Source of the DNA: the human T2T-CHM13v2.0 reference genome, Homo sapiens
Direction: 5' to 3' (one strand)
DNA: 64,000 nucleotides
Assembly (NCBI RefSeq): GCF_009914755.1
Contig: NC_060935.1
The notes below the pieces were generated by a model. That model ran no database searches. It was given only the letters and a program-made list of their open reading frames with translations, and was not told where the DNA came from. How positions within the stretch are numbered: the first letter of the stretch is position 1; each line of letters starts with the position of its first letter. Positions 52,801 to 64,000 of the stretch are shown piece after piece. The translations under genes were made by a program, and so were the position numbers.

Positions 52801-55800
52801 ACCCCAAGGAGCTGTGGGACTTTCCACTCACTGAAACGGGGCCAGTCTATACAGGCGTCTTTCCCTTGTGGAGCCCAGCTCCGTGTGCCAGAAACAGACT
52901 CGTGGGGTTTGGGGGTTTCAGCCCAAGCATCCGCCCAGAACACAGTCTGCTTCTGCTGCGGCCGCTGAGAGGACTAGGGAAGTGTTCCTTTCCACACCCT
53001 GGGACAGGACGGGCGAAGTCCGTGGGTCTGGTGGCCTCGGGGAGCAGGGCAGGTGGAAGACTCCCAGGCACTTTCCAGGCAGGGGACTAGGAGGGCCCGT
53101 GGAGGGGCAGGCAGTGCTCCGAGCCTTTGGGGAATCCCCTCTTCCTTACCAGGTGTCTGAGGACCAGATGGAAGCTGCAGGAGTGGGAGTGGCCACAGCA
53201 TGGGCACAGCTGCAGTGGGCTGAGGCTGTGAGGGGGCCTCTAGGAGGGGCTGTCCCTGCAGACATTGCCTGGGCCAGGGTTACAGCAGTGCATGAAACAG
53301 GCCGTGCCTCCCCCACGGGGATTGTCTTCCAGAGGCATGTGTGGGCGGGGTGGGGCGGTGGGCACTAATCAGTGAGCAAGTAAGTAAAGCAATAAGCCAG
53401 TGAAGGTGGCAGTAAGTGCCCTGGGGATGTGGGAGGGGGTGATGGCAGTAAGTCCCATTCTAAATCAGGTGATCTGGGAAGCCATGTAGGTACGGGGACC
53501 CCACAGGGAGGCGGCGCTGAGGTGGCACTGTGGCTGGAGCCAGGTGAGCAGGGAGGAAGCCCGAAGAGGAGGGTGGGTGGGGCCAGATGGCTCTGGACCT
53601 GGTGGGCAGAGTGGCAGAGCTGAGGTCAGTGTGGCCGTCTCTGTGTCGCTGCTATGAATGCACAGGTGGCTTGTGTTTCCTGCTATTTCTAGACCTCTCT
53701 TTTTGTGGTCTCCTTCCTTCCCACCACACTCTCCACTTAGCCCTCCTGGGGCCTACCGGAGAAAGCTGGTCCCATGCCTATTGGCGAGGGAGGCTGGTCT
53801 TTCCCAGCAAGCATGCTGGGTGTTAAAGGTCTCAGGCTGTGTGGTTTTCCCTGGAGCCTCGATGTCTCTATCGGGCACCTTGTATAAACTCCCACTTGTG
53901 AAGATGGAGCGTTTCTTAGCTCTCCCAGGTGGCTCCAAGGCCAGGAGGGCAGCTGGCCATGCCCTTGGCGTTAAGTGGAGCTTCACAGCTGCATGGGGCT
54001 GGCAAGCCATTTCCAGGCTCACTCGGGAGCCATGAGACCCCCATCTCATTCTTCATTAGCTCCGCCTTTCTCTTCTGCCAATGGGGGTGACAGTGGAAGG
54101 AGAGGAAAGGGCTGCCCCAGTTCTGACTGGCAGAGGGAGGCCGTGGGCTGTGGGAGAAAACACATCATCATCGTGGGGGGCTAGGAGCTCTGTCATATGG
54201 TGGTTGTAAGCAACAGAAATGGGCTCTGGCTGGCTGAGGCCACAGAGGTGTGTGTTGGGAGGGCTCTGGGCAGTTCACAGCCACAAGAGGAAGGCTTCAT
54301 GGAGGACCTGGGAAGGACTGGCCTCGGGCAACTCTGCCCCCATGGTGAGGGCCCACAGTCTGGGGATAACTTGTGTAGGTGCCTGGAGGCCATGGGCAAT
54401 GGCAACTGGTTCTCCAAGCCTCGGTGTCCTCGTGAGAAAAGGAGATAGTCACCTCAGTGATGCTTAACCTCATAGGATTCTTGTGGGAATTAAAGCAGAT
54501 CCATGTGTCACATGCCCTCTAAGCCAAGGGGACTTTACAAATGTTGGGTCCTTTCTCTGAGAAACAGGGGTTTCTAGGTCTTGGTTCTCCTGATCCCAGT
54601 GGAGTGAATTAAGGTAACCAGATTGCCACTGAATTCGGTCTTCGTTTTCCACAACCCTGAGGTGATTCAGCTGGTAGGGACTCCCCCCTTGCCCCGCCTC
54701 CTGAATTCTTAGCCCTGCACATATGACGTCAGATGGGGCAGGGAGAGGAAGCACCCTGTGGGTGGAGCAGATTCGGAGCCAGCGATGGTTCCCAAGGCCC
54801 CGGGCTGGGTTCTGTCACCTGTAGATAGACTTGGGAAGCTGCACAGCAACCTCTGCTTCTCCACTTGCTGTGGACCTTGGCAAGACTTAGTTTCCTCATC
54901 TGGGAAATAGGGCTTTAGTTGTTACCTCACAGGGCTTTTAGCCACGTGGTGGGTGCAGTGATCTGAACGGTGCCCGTCCCAGATAGCACTAGGTAGACTG
55001 AGTGCTGTTTCCAACCTGTACCGCCTCTTGGGTATACACACAGAATGCTTGTGCTTGTGGCCACCTCTGCAGGGCTGCAGGGGCTATGTGTTTTTCCCAC
55101 TCCCCGGGTTCTGGGGTTTGGAGAACACGCTTAATTCTGTTTTTGCAGTCATCTTGGGCAGAGATGACTACAGTTGGGCAATGGCAGGATGGCTTGCCTT
55201 CCAGGAGCACCGCGTCAGAGGGGCCGGCCCCCAGATGCAGGTGGCTGGTGAGGGGTCTCCACACTCTGTCCTGTGAACTGGGCCATTTCCGTGGTCCCTA
55301 CCTCATGGGGGCCTAGGGCCTGGCTGCCAGGTCTTACCCAGTGGCTGTGAGCAGTGCCAGGGCCCCTCCTCTGGCTCTCAGACACATGCTTCATACTTGG
55401 AGCGGAGGTAGCAGCACATGTGGAGCAGGGTGACCAAGAAGCTTTGGCCACATCTCCCTGAGCACCCTGCAGGTTCTTGGATTATTGGCTGCATTGTTGC
55501 CTGAAACTACACAGTCTGAATTCCAGTGGACTCTTCTGGCTGGTAAATAGCCACACCGATAATAGTCTGTGAGCTGAGCAGGCACAGTGGGGAGTTCTGG
55601 ATCTGAGTAGCTCCTCACTCCCTGGAGAGATGTGTGTGGCAGGACAGCCTGTGGCAGTGCTCTGCCTCCAGAACTTCTGCGGCCTGTTTGCGGGGGGGCC
55701 CCCGAGAAGATGGGGCTGCTGCCGCTCCCATCTGTCCGGAATCCCACAAACGCTCACTATTGCTGTGGCTATTCTGGTCCCACAGGCAGATGGCAGCCCT

Positions 55801-56097
55801 AATATGCTCACTACACCGCAGGCTCATCCTCTAGAAAGGCAGAGGCTGCTCAGGGAAGCTTCGCACTTAAAGCAAATGGAGCATGACAGCATTGAGACAA
55901 GAATTACACTGATGTACTTCTCACATCGTTTTTTTGTCGAAAGAAAAACACACATGTTGCCACTTTCACTTGTGAAAAATGGAAACAGTTTTCCTGCAAT
56001 GAGTGGCCTCAATCACTAAAAATGAATTTGTGTATATTTATAACAAAACGTCGAAATGATTGATATTGATGGCTTCGTTAAGCATTACCAATGAGTA

Positions 56098-56113
56098 CCA
56101 CCGGGGGGCGGCA
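56098..56113 (+). promoter_or_regulatory. Candidate CTCF site
   Basis: CCACCGGGGGGCGGCA, one mismatch to CCASYAGRKGGCRSY. Confidence 0.5.
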
Positions 56114-56269
56114 CAGCACAAGGGGAGTAGGTCAGAGAGCCCAGGGCTCCTGTGGTTAAACTTTTCTCCTTTCCATGAAAATCCTCAAACACATTTTGTA
56201 TTTTAATTAAATGAAAATACTGAAAATGATACAGTAGAGAGCACTTTTAATGGAAAATTAATTGATAAC

Positions 56270-59200
56270 ACAATCTTATTTCAATTTACTTTTTATTTTT
56301 AACTTAAACGACTGTGTATTTTCCACAGTCTTATGATGAGAAAGGCTCCAGAATCACGTGTAGGTGTCCTCAACATTTCATAGCTCGAACCGTCCTTTCT
56401 TTACGTTGTGCATTGATATGGGCTTCTCAGTTCAGAAAACAAGGCACTATAACTATTTTATCAGCTACATTAATACATTGAAGATATATTTATCCTTTCA
56501 TGAAAGATACAGCATTTGAATACAATATGGTTTTATGCAGATCAGGTTCAAAACACCCAAGGCACACACTTTATTTTTTTTCCTTTTTTTTTTTCTTTTC
56601 TGTGTTTATTTGAAGGCTCGTATTAAAATTTCAAAATTGGCATGAACAAAGAGTTCCAGAGTGGAATCAATGGACAGGGATTGTTGTAATTTTGAACATA
56701 AAACGGTAAAGACTGTGGAATGTAGAACAAGTTACAGGAACGATAAACAAAATCACCAATACAGCATGGATTAGAAATCAAAGTGATGAGATCTGCGGAA
56801 GTCTGAGAAACAAGTTTGGAAATTCTCTGATTCCCCACAAAGCACGGGCAGTCCTGTCTGCATGCAGCTGCTGTGGTCACCCAGCCACTGTGGAATGTTC
56901 ACCTACTTGCATGGGTACATGGTTGTCTACAAATACAGAAACACATTCCAGTTCGCCAGTTATTAAAATGCCTCCAATTTCAAGTAAAAGAAAAAATCTT
57001 CCAATAATTTTCCTAGTAAGGTAAACGAATATATTCATCTAGGAAAAGTGGTCTGGAAGAAACCATTGGAAGCAAAGTCTAGGGGGGTGCCAAGGTTTGG
57101 GAGAAACTATTGGATGGTGAAGCGGGAGAGCTTGAGGGTGAACTACAAAAGATATGAGGACTGGAATTTTTCCTGAACGTGGAAGCATAGAGGCTGCTGC
57201 TCAACTGGGGAATGTGCCAAAGTAGAAGAAACTTTAGGAACTAAAGACAACAAGTTTTCACTGGTGAGGCCAAAGAAGAAGTTCAACGTTTAGGTTTAAA
57301 ATATGCTTCCCTAAAGCGGAGGGATGGCCCATGTCTTCCTGGCTTAGTTCTTTGCCAATAGACACAAATTCTCTCTTGCTCCAAGCCTTAGCATGTGGTT
57401 TGCTTGTCAACCAGAGAGGCGGCCCAGTTCTGCCACTCCCTTGGCCTTATGGCTAGAAGACACCCTGCTGGGGTGTGGGGAGACTGGACCCTAAGGGAAG
57501 GGTCCGGATCTGGCTGGCCCTCCGCGGCACCGCTGCTTCCACCCAGAACAAAAGGAAAAGCCGAGCCTCAGCTCCACGCCTATAGCAGCGGTCACAGAAG
57601 CAGATTTTGACGTTTTGCATAATTCTGAAATAACATGCACGTATCCATTGATAAATTGAGAATAAGGAAATGGAACCAAGGCAGATTAGCTCAGTGACAG
57701 GAGCCTGTTTACTCGATGAGAGAGATTTTTCTGGTCAGTTTTAGAGAGGCAGAGCTGGCCACAATGCCTGAGATAATCTACATTAGATTGCAAGTCGGGC
57801 AGCTTTTTGTTTAATTCAGACAGTGTTCACTGTTTGTTTGCAATCAGAACCACAACCTTAGTGCAATAGTATATTTATTTTTTTACAGTAATTTTGGTTG
57901 CCATACAAGAGATTTAAGGATTGGGAGAAAGTGCAAATTACAGGAGCTTTTTTTTTTTTTTATAAAGTCTAAAAAGAATAAAAGCACAAAAGTAACAGCA
58001 ACATAGATAATGCGAACACGTGTTGTTACACAAACTATAGTGTGAAACATATTAGTATTTAAAAAACAAAAAAAAATTGTTAATGGGAAAATCAATATTG
58101 TGGCCCACACACAAAAAGTCATTGCCAGATCAACTGGATAATGCTTGCTTGTTCAATAACTGAGAAAAAAATTTACCATTTTATTAACTAAAGTATCACA
58201 AATAATTCACTTTGTGATATGTAAAGTTCAGCAAATCAACAGTCACATTGAGTAATTTTTATATTATGTGAATTAACTTAAAATGTGCGCAGACACCCTG
58301 GAAAAGGTATCTTGGCAGGTATACATAATTTACATTTTGAGAGATTTGGGTTTTGTATACACAATATTACAGAAACTAGGCATGTAAATGCAGTTTATTT
58401 AAATTACAGTATGTAACAAAAGTTGATCTTAAAACCTGGAATAATATCAACATGATCTTTAGATGAGCAGTTTAACATTTGTTCCACCATTAAAGAGGGG
58501 CATGGAATAGGGCCTCGTCCTAACATGTCCCAAAGGGGGAGAACAGTGGGTGGTGATTTGAATGAGGAACTATTGCTTTCAGTACCAAAATAAGCAGATA
58601 GAGATAGAGACCGATTCATCTTGGCAACATGTGTTTATTTGTTGGTCAGTGCAGGTTCTGATAGGTCTATTACTTCTCTATAATAAGACAGTGTAAAAAT
58701 AAACTATGTTATCAGCTCTTTAGTCTTGCAGCCAGCTTGCTTGTGGTTAGTGGCATGTGGCTTGGAGTATCTTTAAGAAAGGGAATAACATCTGGCCCTC
58801 ACCAACTGGCTGCCAAAGTTCAACAAACCGAAGTCACGAGTTTCGACTGGTTATCGTCTGCCAGCGGTTTCCTTGACTCTCCTTTGAGCTAGTGTTTTGC
58901 CTGGCACTGAGCACAGAGGTAATACCAACTGTAGGCCCAGGGAAAGTGCCATGCCAAAGGAATGGACTCACGGAATTTTGCGGTATCATCAAATGGAAGA
59001 CAAATTAATGGCCAAACCACCATTTTTACATTTTCTAAAATATGGGGCAGCCTCAGCAGGCCACCTGTAGTATCCTGTCTTGAAATTTATCTAGAGTAAT
59101 GCTCATTCATCTCATGATGGAAAAACTGAAAGCACACGGAAGTAAAGCGCCTTAATATTCAATTGACTTCAAGTTGGATTGGATCATTTCAAATACAAAG

Positions 59201-61293
59201 ATTGACCTGCAAAAGGTTTTGGAACAGAAGGTCCAAAAACTTGGTTCCAACATCAGGGGTGTGTGACTGGAAAAGCGCGTGTGTGTGGTGTGTGTTTTGT
59301 TTTTGTTTTTGGAGAAACTGCTGCATTATGAATTGTAACCACTTTGAAGAAATTGTCCTTCAATGACGAAGTTCTAGCAAAGATAGAAAATATAACACAG
59401 CTCTGCTGGTTCAGATGCATCCAAATAAGGTTGATTTAAAAAGGTCATACTTTTATAATTATTCCACAGAAATAGTATTATTAAATCACAAAAGTTTTTT
59501 TTTCTTTAACTTTCTAGCACTGAAGTGGCACAAAGGCTGCCTAGTAGACCAGCCACTTTTTTTTCTTAAAATATTGTGCTTATAAACTATCTGTACAACT
59601 ATTTAAACTTGCAGTAAAGAAAGATTTTAAATTGCTAAATTTTATGTGTTCATTCTAGAGCTGTTCCAGACCTAATCAAGAAAAAAAGGAAAAAAAAAAA
59701 ACAAAACCATGTTTTATAATTAGAGATGGGCTGAGCTAGTTCTGAAATAATAATAAAACCAAAAACCTGACATTCGAGTATCCTCCAAATGGGGGAGAAT
59801 GTGCTGGAAGCCTGACTGTGTGTTTTGCGGCCCATGTGCATCTGGTGACCTCTTTTGGAAATTCGAGGTATTGTTATGGGGTGGAGGGACTCCGGGGAAA
59901 GAAAGGGGCGGGGCTCAAGAAAGCCTTGCCAGAGAGGCTGACCTGGCAGCCCAGGAGACCTCCCTGCTTTCCTCTCCTCACGCCTCTGCTTTCACTCTGA
60001 TCCTGCCGCCCACCTTCTGTTCTCAACCCTGGGTTCTGTCTATACTCCATACCCACTGGGTCCTCAAAGAAGCTGTTGTACTGTTAAGACAAGCTGGTGG
60101 GATTCCTAGACACCCAGAGCGATAGGGGAAAAGCCTCTAAGTACCATCTTCCCTGGCCTCCGAGAGCAAAAGGACTGTCTCAGCAGAGATGCTCACCCTT
60201 GGCTGGGCACAGAACTGAGGATGCTGTGCCCGCCCAGCTCCCAGAGGAGACGCTGTCTCACTGGCAGCCGCATGTGCCCGCCATGAGCCATGCGTCTTCT
60301 TGTCCTTCATGTCAAAGTGGATGCTCACCTGCTCTGATCTTTGCAGAGCTCAAGACATCTTCAATTAAAAAGAATTCTGAGAGGCAGAGAAGCCCTTATT
60401 CTCCATCCTGGATGGGTGCTCATGGCAGACAACTGCTCTTGTCCTGGAGACCTGGAGCTTGGGCAGTTGCACGCTGGCTGGCTCCCTTGGCCAGGTCTCC
60501 CCTCCATTGTGGAATCGTGACTTTGTGCTTTGACTAACTCCATGTGACATCTGCTTGGCCACCTTGGAATTATGCTAACAGATTTGCAGAAATAAAGAAA
60601 GCTAAGCAAAGCTGGGCACGATCCCATCCAAACTCCCAGCACTGCCAGGAACCTCATGGCCAAAGAGCCATGGATGCAAACCACAGGAGGAGATGGGGAA
60701 AAGAATCTGTGTAGGAAAAAGTTTCTCTGCCTTTCAGGCCCATGATGGGGCACTGGACAAATGCATCTGGGAGCATCTCACTGCAAGCCAAGTGCAGGAG
60801 AAAGAGGGGCAGGTGAGCATCAGGTGTCCTCTGAGAGGCCACAGGACTGAGGAAAGGCCTCATGCCGGGGCCTGGGGTGGTGAGAGCTGCCCGGAAAGCA
60901 GAGGACGGAGGTCTCAGGAGGTATCTAGAGTGCACTGGTGTCTGCCTACAAGAGCTAGGATCCCGTGCAAAATTGACGGGGAGCCTCTCGGACCCGGCAA
61001 AGCGAGGCCACCTGCATGCTGGGCGGCAGGCTGGGAATCTTTTTCCATGTTAGAAAAACTCCCTCCCCTTGTCCCATGTGTGATAGAAACTGCCCAAGAC
61101 ACCCACATGGTGAGCCAGGGGTCTGAAGACCCAGCCATGTTGTGGACACAACTCAGTATTTCTTTGGGTACCAGGAGACAAACCCATGGAGTGGGGTTGA
61201 TGCTCACAGACTTCGCTTGGCATTCAGATGTTTCAGCACGAGCCCATCTCTACTTATAACAAGAGCAGTCTGCGAGGTGGAGAGCAGCCGTCC
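56270..61293 (-). other. SHANK2: SHANK2 3' UTR, ~5 kb, Alu-free, AU-rich distally (3' end approximate)
   Basis: Follows SHANK2 stop; several AATAAA on - strand; dense neuronal miRNA seed matches. Confidence 0.8.
56292..56297 (-). terminator. Likely distal SHANK2 polyadenylation signal (AATAAA on - strand)
   Basis: tttatt on + strand at the distal end of the AU-rich UTR; other copies at 56570, 56605, 57874, 58180, 58394, 58634. Confidence 0.7.
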
Positions 61294-61864
61294 TTATCTG
61301 TCCAGCAGCTGTTTCAAAGCCCTTTCTATGTTCATTCTGTGCCCGACTCGAGTTACCCCAAGATCGATGAGGTCCTCCTTCTGCAGGTTTGGTAAGTGAC
61401 TGCCATCGATCTCATTGTCCATGAAGGCCTCTTTATGTTCACCCAAGTTTAGACTTTCCAGCCAATCGGCCACATCTGGTTTAGTCCACAGGTGGACAGG
61501 TTTAGTTGTAAAAGGCTTATTTGAGATTGGCTGTTGCAGTATCGAGGGGGATGGCGACCTACTGCGTCCCGCTGGGTTCAAGCCAAATAGATCCCCAGAA
61601 GGGGGCTGGCTTGGAAGGCTAAAGACATCTGAGAGAGCGGGAGAAGGAGAGGCGGTGGCAGCAGACAGGGGGGCGGGCAGGGTCTCTTTGTTCATCTCTG
61701 TTGGCGAGACCACAGGGCTTGGGGCACGTCTTGTTCCTGAGGTCCTGCTTTCATAGTCGGGGGGCCGGCTCTGCAGGGTGATGGGCTGGGAGGTGCCGGG
61801 GCGAACAGTGAAGGTGACCGTCGTGCTCCGTGTACCTGAGATGGTGCTCATGATCTCCGGGCTT
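61294..61864 (-). CDS. SHANK2: SHANK2 last coding exon (Ser/Pro-rich linker plus C-terminal SAM domain)
   Basis: Acceptor ttgctgtttcag| on - strand at 61865; SPEIMSTISGTRS...WTKPDVADWLESLNLGEHKEAFMDNEIDGSHLPNLQKEDLIDLGVTRVGHRMNIERALKQLLDR* is the Shank SAM domain. Confidence 0.97.
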
Positions 61865-62066
61865 CTGAAACAGCAACACAGAGAAAACCATCACAAGGCA
61901 GGTCACCGAGTCAGGGCAGCTGGCTGCAGATCACCCAGGAAGGCGAGGGAGACGCCCAAACCATGCCAGAGTGTCTAGTGGCAGATCCACTGGCAGTGAA
62001 CGAATGATTTGCCATGCCAGGGTGGGGGAGGGGGAGAAAGGGGCCAGAGCAAAGTTGGAGACACCA

Positions 62067-62205
62067 GAGCACACCACGTCAGCCCACTCACCTGAACTGG
62101 GACAGAGGGGCTGGGGGACCTGCCTGTGCTGGGGGGAGCACACCACGTCAGCCCACTCACCTGAACTGGGACAGAGGGGCTGGGGGACCTGCCTGTGCTG
62201 GGGGG
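62067..62205. repeat. 69-bp tandem duplication (2 identical copies) in the SHANK2 last intron
   Basis: gagcacaccacgtcagcccactcacctgaactggg... at 62067 and 62136. Confidence 0.95.
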
Positions 62206-64000
62206 CAGGGCCGGGGGACCCTCGGGAGGGTGGCCACTGAGGCATTTGGAAGGGGTCCCTTGAAGAGGGCACGGAGACAGGGACAGAGTGGGGTCCTGTC
62301 ACCTGGGTAGAACGTGCCAGGCAACATCTCCAGCGCCTCAGCTTCAGCAGGTGGGAAGGAGCACACCTGGAGGACAGGCCCCTCAGCCGCCTGGCAGCCT
62401 TAGGCTTTTTGGGTAAATGGACAAGAGCAGGGCAGGATCCTTCCCAGGTGGCCCCTTTCAGTAACTGGAACCCCTGTAGCTACGCAGGGCACTCAGGGGT
62501 TGAGATCACCCGGAAACCCAGACAGCAGGGCGTGGCTTGTGTGGCCAGTGTGGGCTGCGCTCACCTTCCTGAGGCAGCACTGTCCAGCGCCCACCCAGTG
62601 GACAGTTTTGTTGCAGAAGGAGCTGGGGTACCCTGTGTTATTTTTAGCCCCTTTCATGTGAGAGGCTCACTGGTAGGACACACGGGCCTTACTGAAAAGC
62701 AGAACGCGTGAGGAGCCCTGTCTTCCCCAGGGTGGCCATGGGCGTCCCCGAGGGTCCCCTGTGCCTTGCCGCTCTGGCTGGGCAGGCAAAGCCCTCAGAG
62801 CTCAAGTCAGGGAGGACGACCCTTCTAGCTCCAACCTTTACTGGCCCCAGGGTGGTGGCCAGATGACTCCCACAGGCAGGAGGTCCCATCTCAGTGCCAG
62901 AGAAGTCCAAGTCCTCACGCTTACCCACGTGGAGGTGGCCTTTCACACACCACTCCCTCACGGGCTCTGGCCAAGGCCTGTGGCAGGCACTCTCCACACC
63001 AAGAGAACTGCCACTCTGGGCCCTAGTGCATGTTTTGCTGTCCCCACACTGAAAGCCCATTCATCCTATTGTCCCTAGGAAAGCCACAGCCACTGGGGAG
63101 GGGAGGAGAGGTGTGGGTCTCTTGCCTTTTGGGCCCATTCACGTGGATATGAACGGCCCACCCACCGCTTCTGAAAAGATCCATCCTACCACGGCTCTCT
63201 CTTCAAGACCTGGACTTGAGAGATGTCTGCTGGAGCCCTGGCTCTGTCAGATGCCAGCTTGGGTGCACTTTTCTCCTGTCTCCACATCTTCCCACATGAA
63301 GTGGGCTCCTCTCCCTCCTATGTGGTGGGTTACCCTGGGTGGAGGGGCTCTGGAGAGCATGAGGAGTGCACTGGTGTGACATCGTGACCGTGAATGGTGG
63401 TGGGCTGCAGTGTCTCAGTGAAAGGGTCATGGGCAAGAGGGGGAGAGCTGCAAACAGTAGAGATGCTGCCGTGTGGGGAGACTCCCTGGAGGGCAAGACT
63501 GAAGCCCCTGCCCGTCTGCTGGGGGCCAGTTCATCGACTTGCACTGGGGCTGTCTTTGGAGCTCAATGGCTGACCAGTTAGAGCAGCACTTCCCAAAGAG
63601 GAGCCCACAGACCCTTCATAGAAACCACCTGGGACACTGGTGGGCCGTGAGGACTCCTGAGCTCGTCTCAAACCTGTGGAAGCAGGAGTGCTGTGCATGG
63701 GGACCAGGTGTCTGCAATTAACAAACTCCCCAGACACTGAGAGACCCTGAACCTTAGAGGCCATTTGGTTGGGCCTTGGTTTTCATTCCAGGGTATGCAC
63801 AAAGCTAATGGCCCAGAACCCTCCAGGAGCTAAAAGCAAAGGGAGTGACCTGGAGACGGGCCCCGCTGCTGGTCTAGTCTGTCTCTCTCCGTTTTTTTCT
63901 TTTCTCTTTCTTTACCATGGATGTATATTTGGGTGAAACCACCCATCAGTTACCTAGGTTCCCCTAAGCTGTGGGTCAGTTTCCTACTTGATGTTAGTCA

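Noticed and set aside
51753-52943. 396-aa ORF on the - strand (and overlapping 201-aa and 158-aa + strand ORFs)
   Set aside because: Lies across the CpG island where stop codons are depleted; Arg/Pro/Gly-rich, no recognisable domain, and several frames are open at once.

Overview
Human genomic DNA, recognisable as the 11q13 CTTN-SHANK2 interval. On the + strand, 2964-~24995 holds the last 13 coding exons of cortactin (CTTN; exons 6-18 by the usual numbering), covering the actin-binding repeats, helical region, Pro/Tyr-rich region and SH3 domain, plus its 3' UTR. The exons join in frame to the known cortactin sequence. On the - strand, ~56270-61864 holds the last exon of SHANK2 (SAM domain plus ~5 kb 3' UTR), with its last intron running to the window end. 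The ~31 kb between the convergent genes is mostly Alu, L1, L2, MaLR/ERV1 LTR and DNA-transposon remnants plus one 5'-truncated SVA, and contains a CpG island with promoter and first-exon signatures at ~51.7-52.8 kb. Nearly all other ORFs in the track are Alu-derived or GC-rich noise. I see no clear wholly new gene system. Best leads: (1) two introns hidden in the CTTN last exon that replace the SH3 C-terminus and remove both miR-182 8mer sites; (2) an intergenic CCAAT/CpG-island promoter with a plausible spliced + strand transcript aimed at the SHANK2 3' UTR; (3) a duplicated AG|GTGAGT ratchet-like splice site just upstream of the SHANK2 last exon; (4) a CpG-enriched L1/MLT1 remnant at ~31.9 kb; (5) the phase-symmetric, weak-donor cortactin repeat exons. 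Repeat subfamily names and repeat edges are by eye and approximate.
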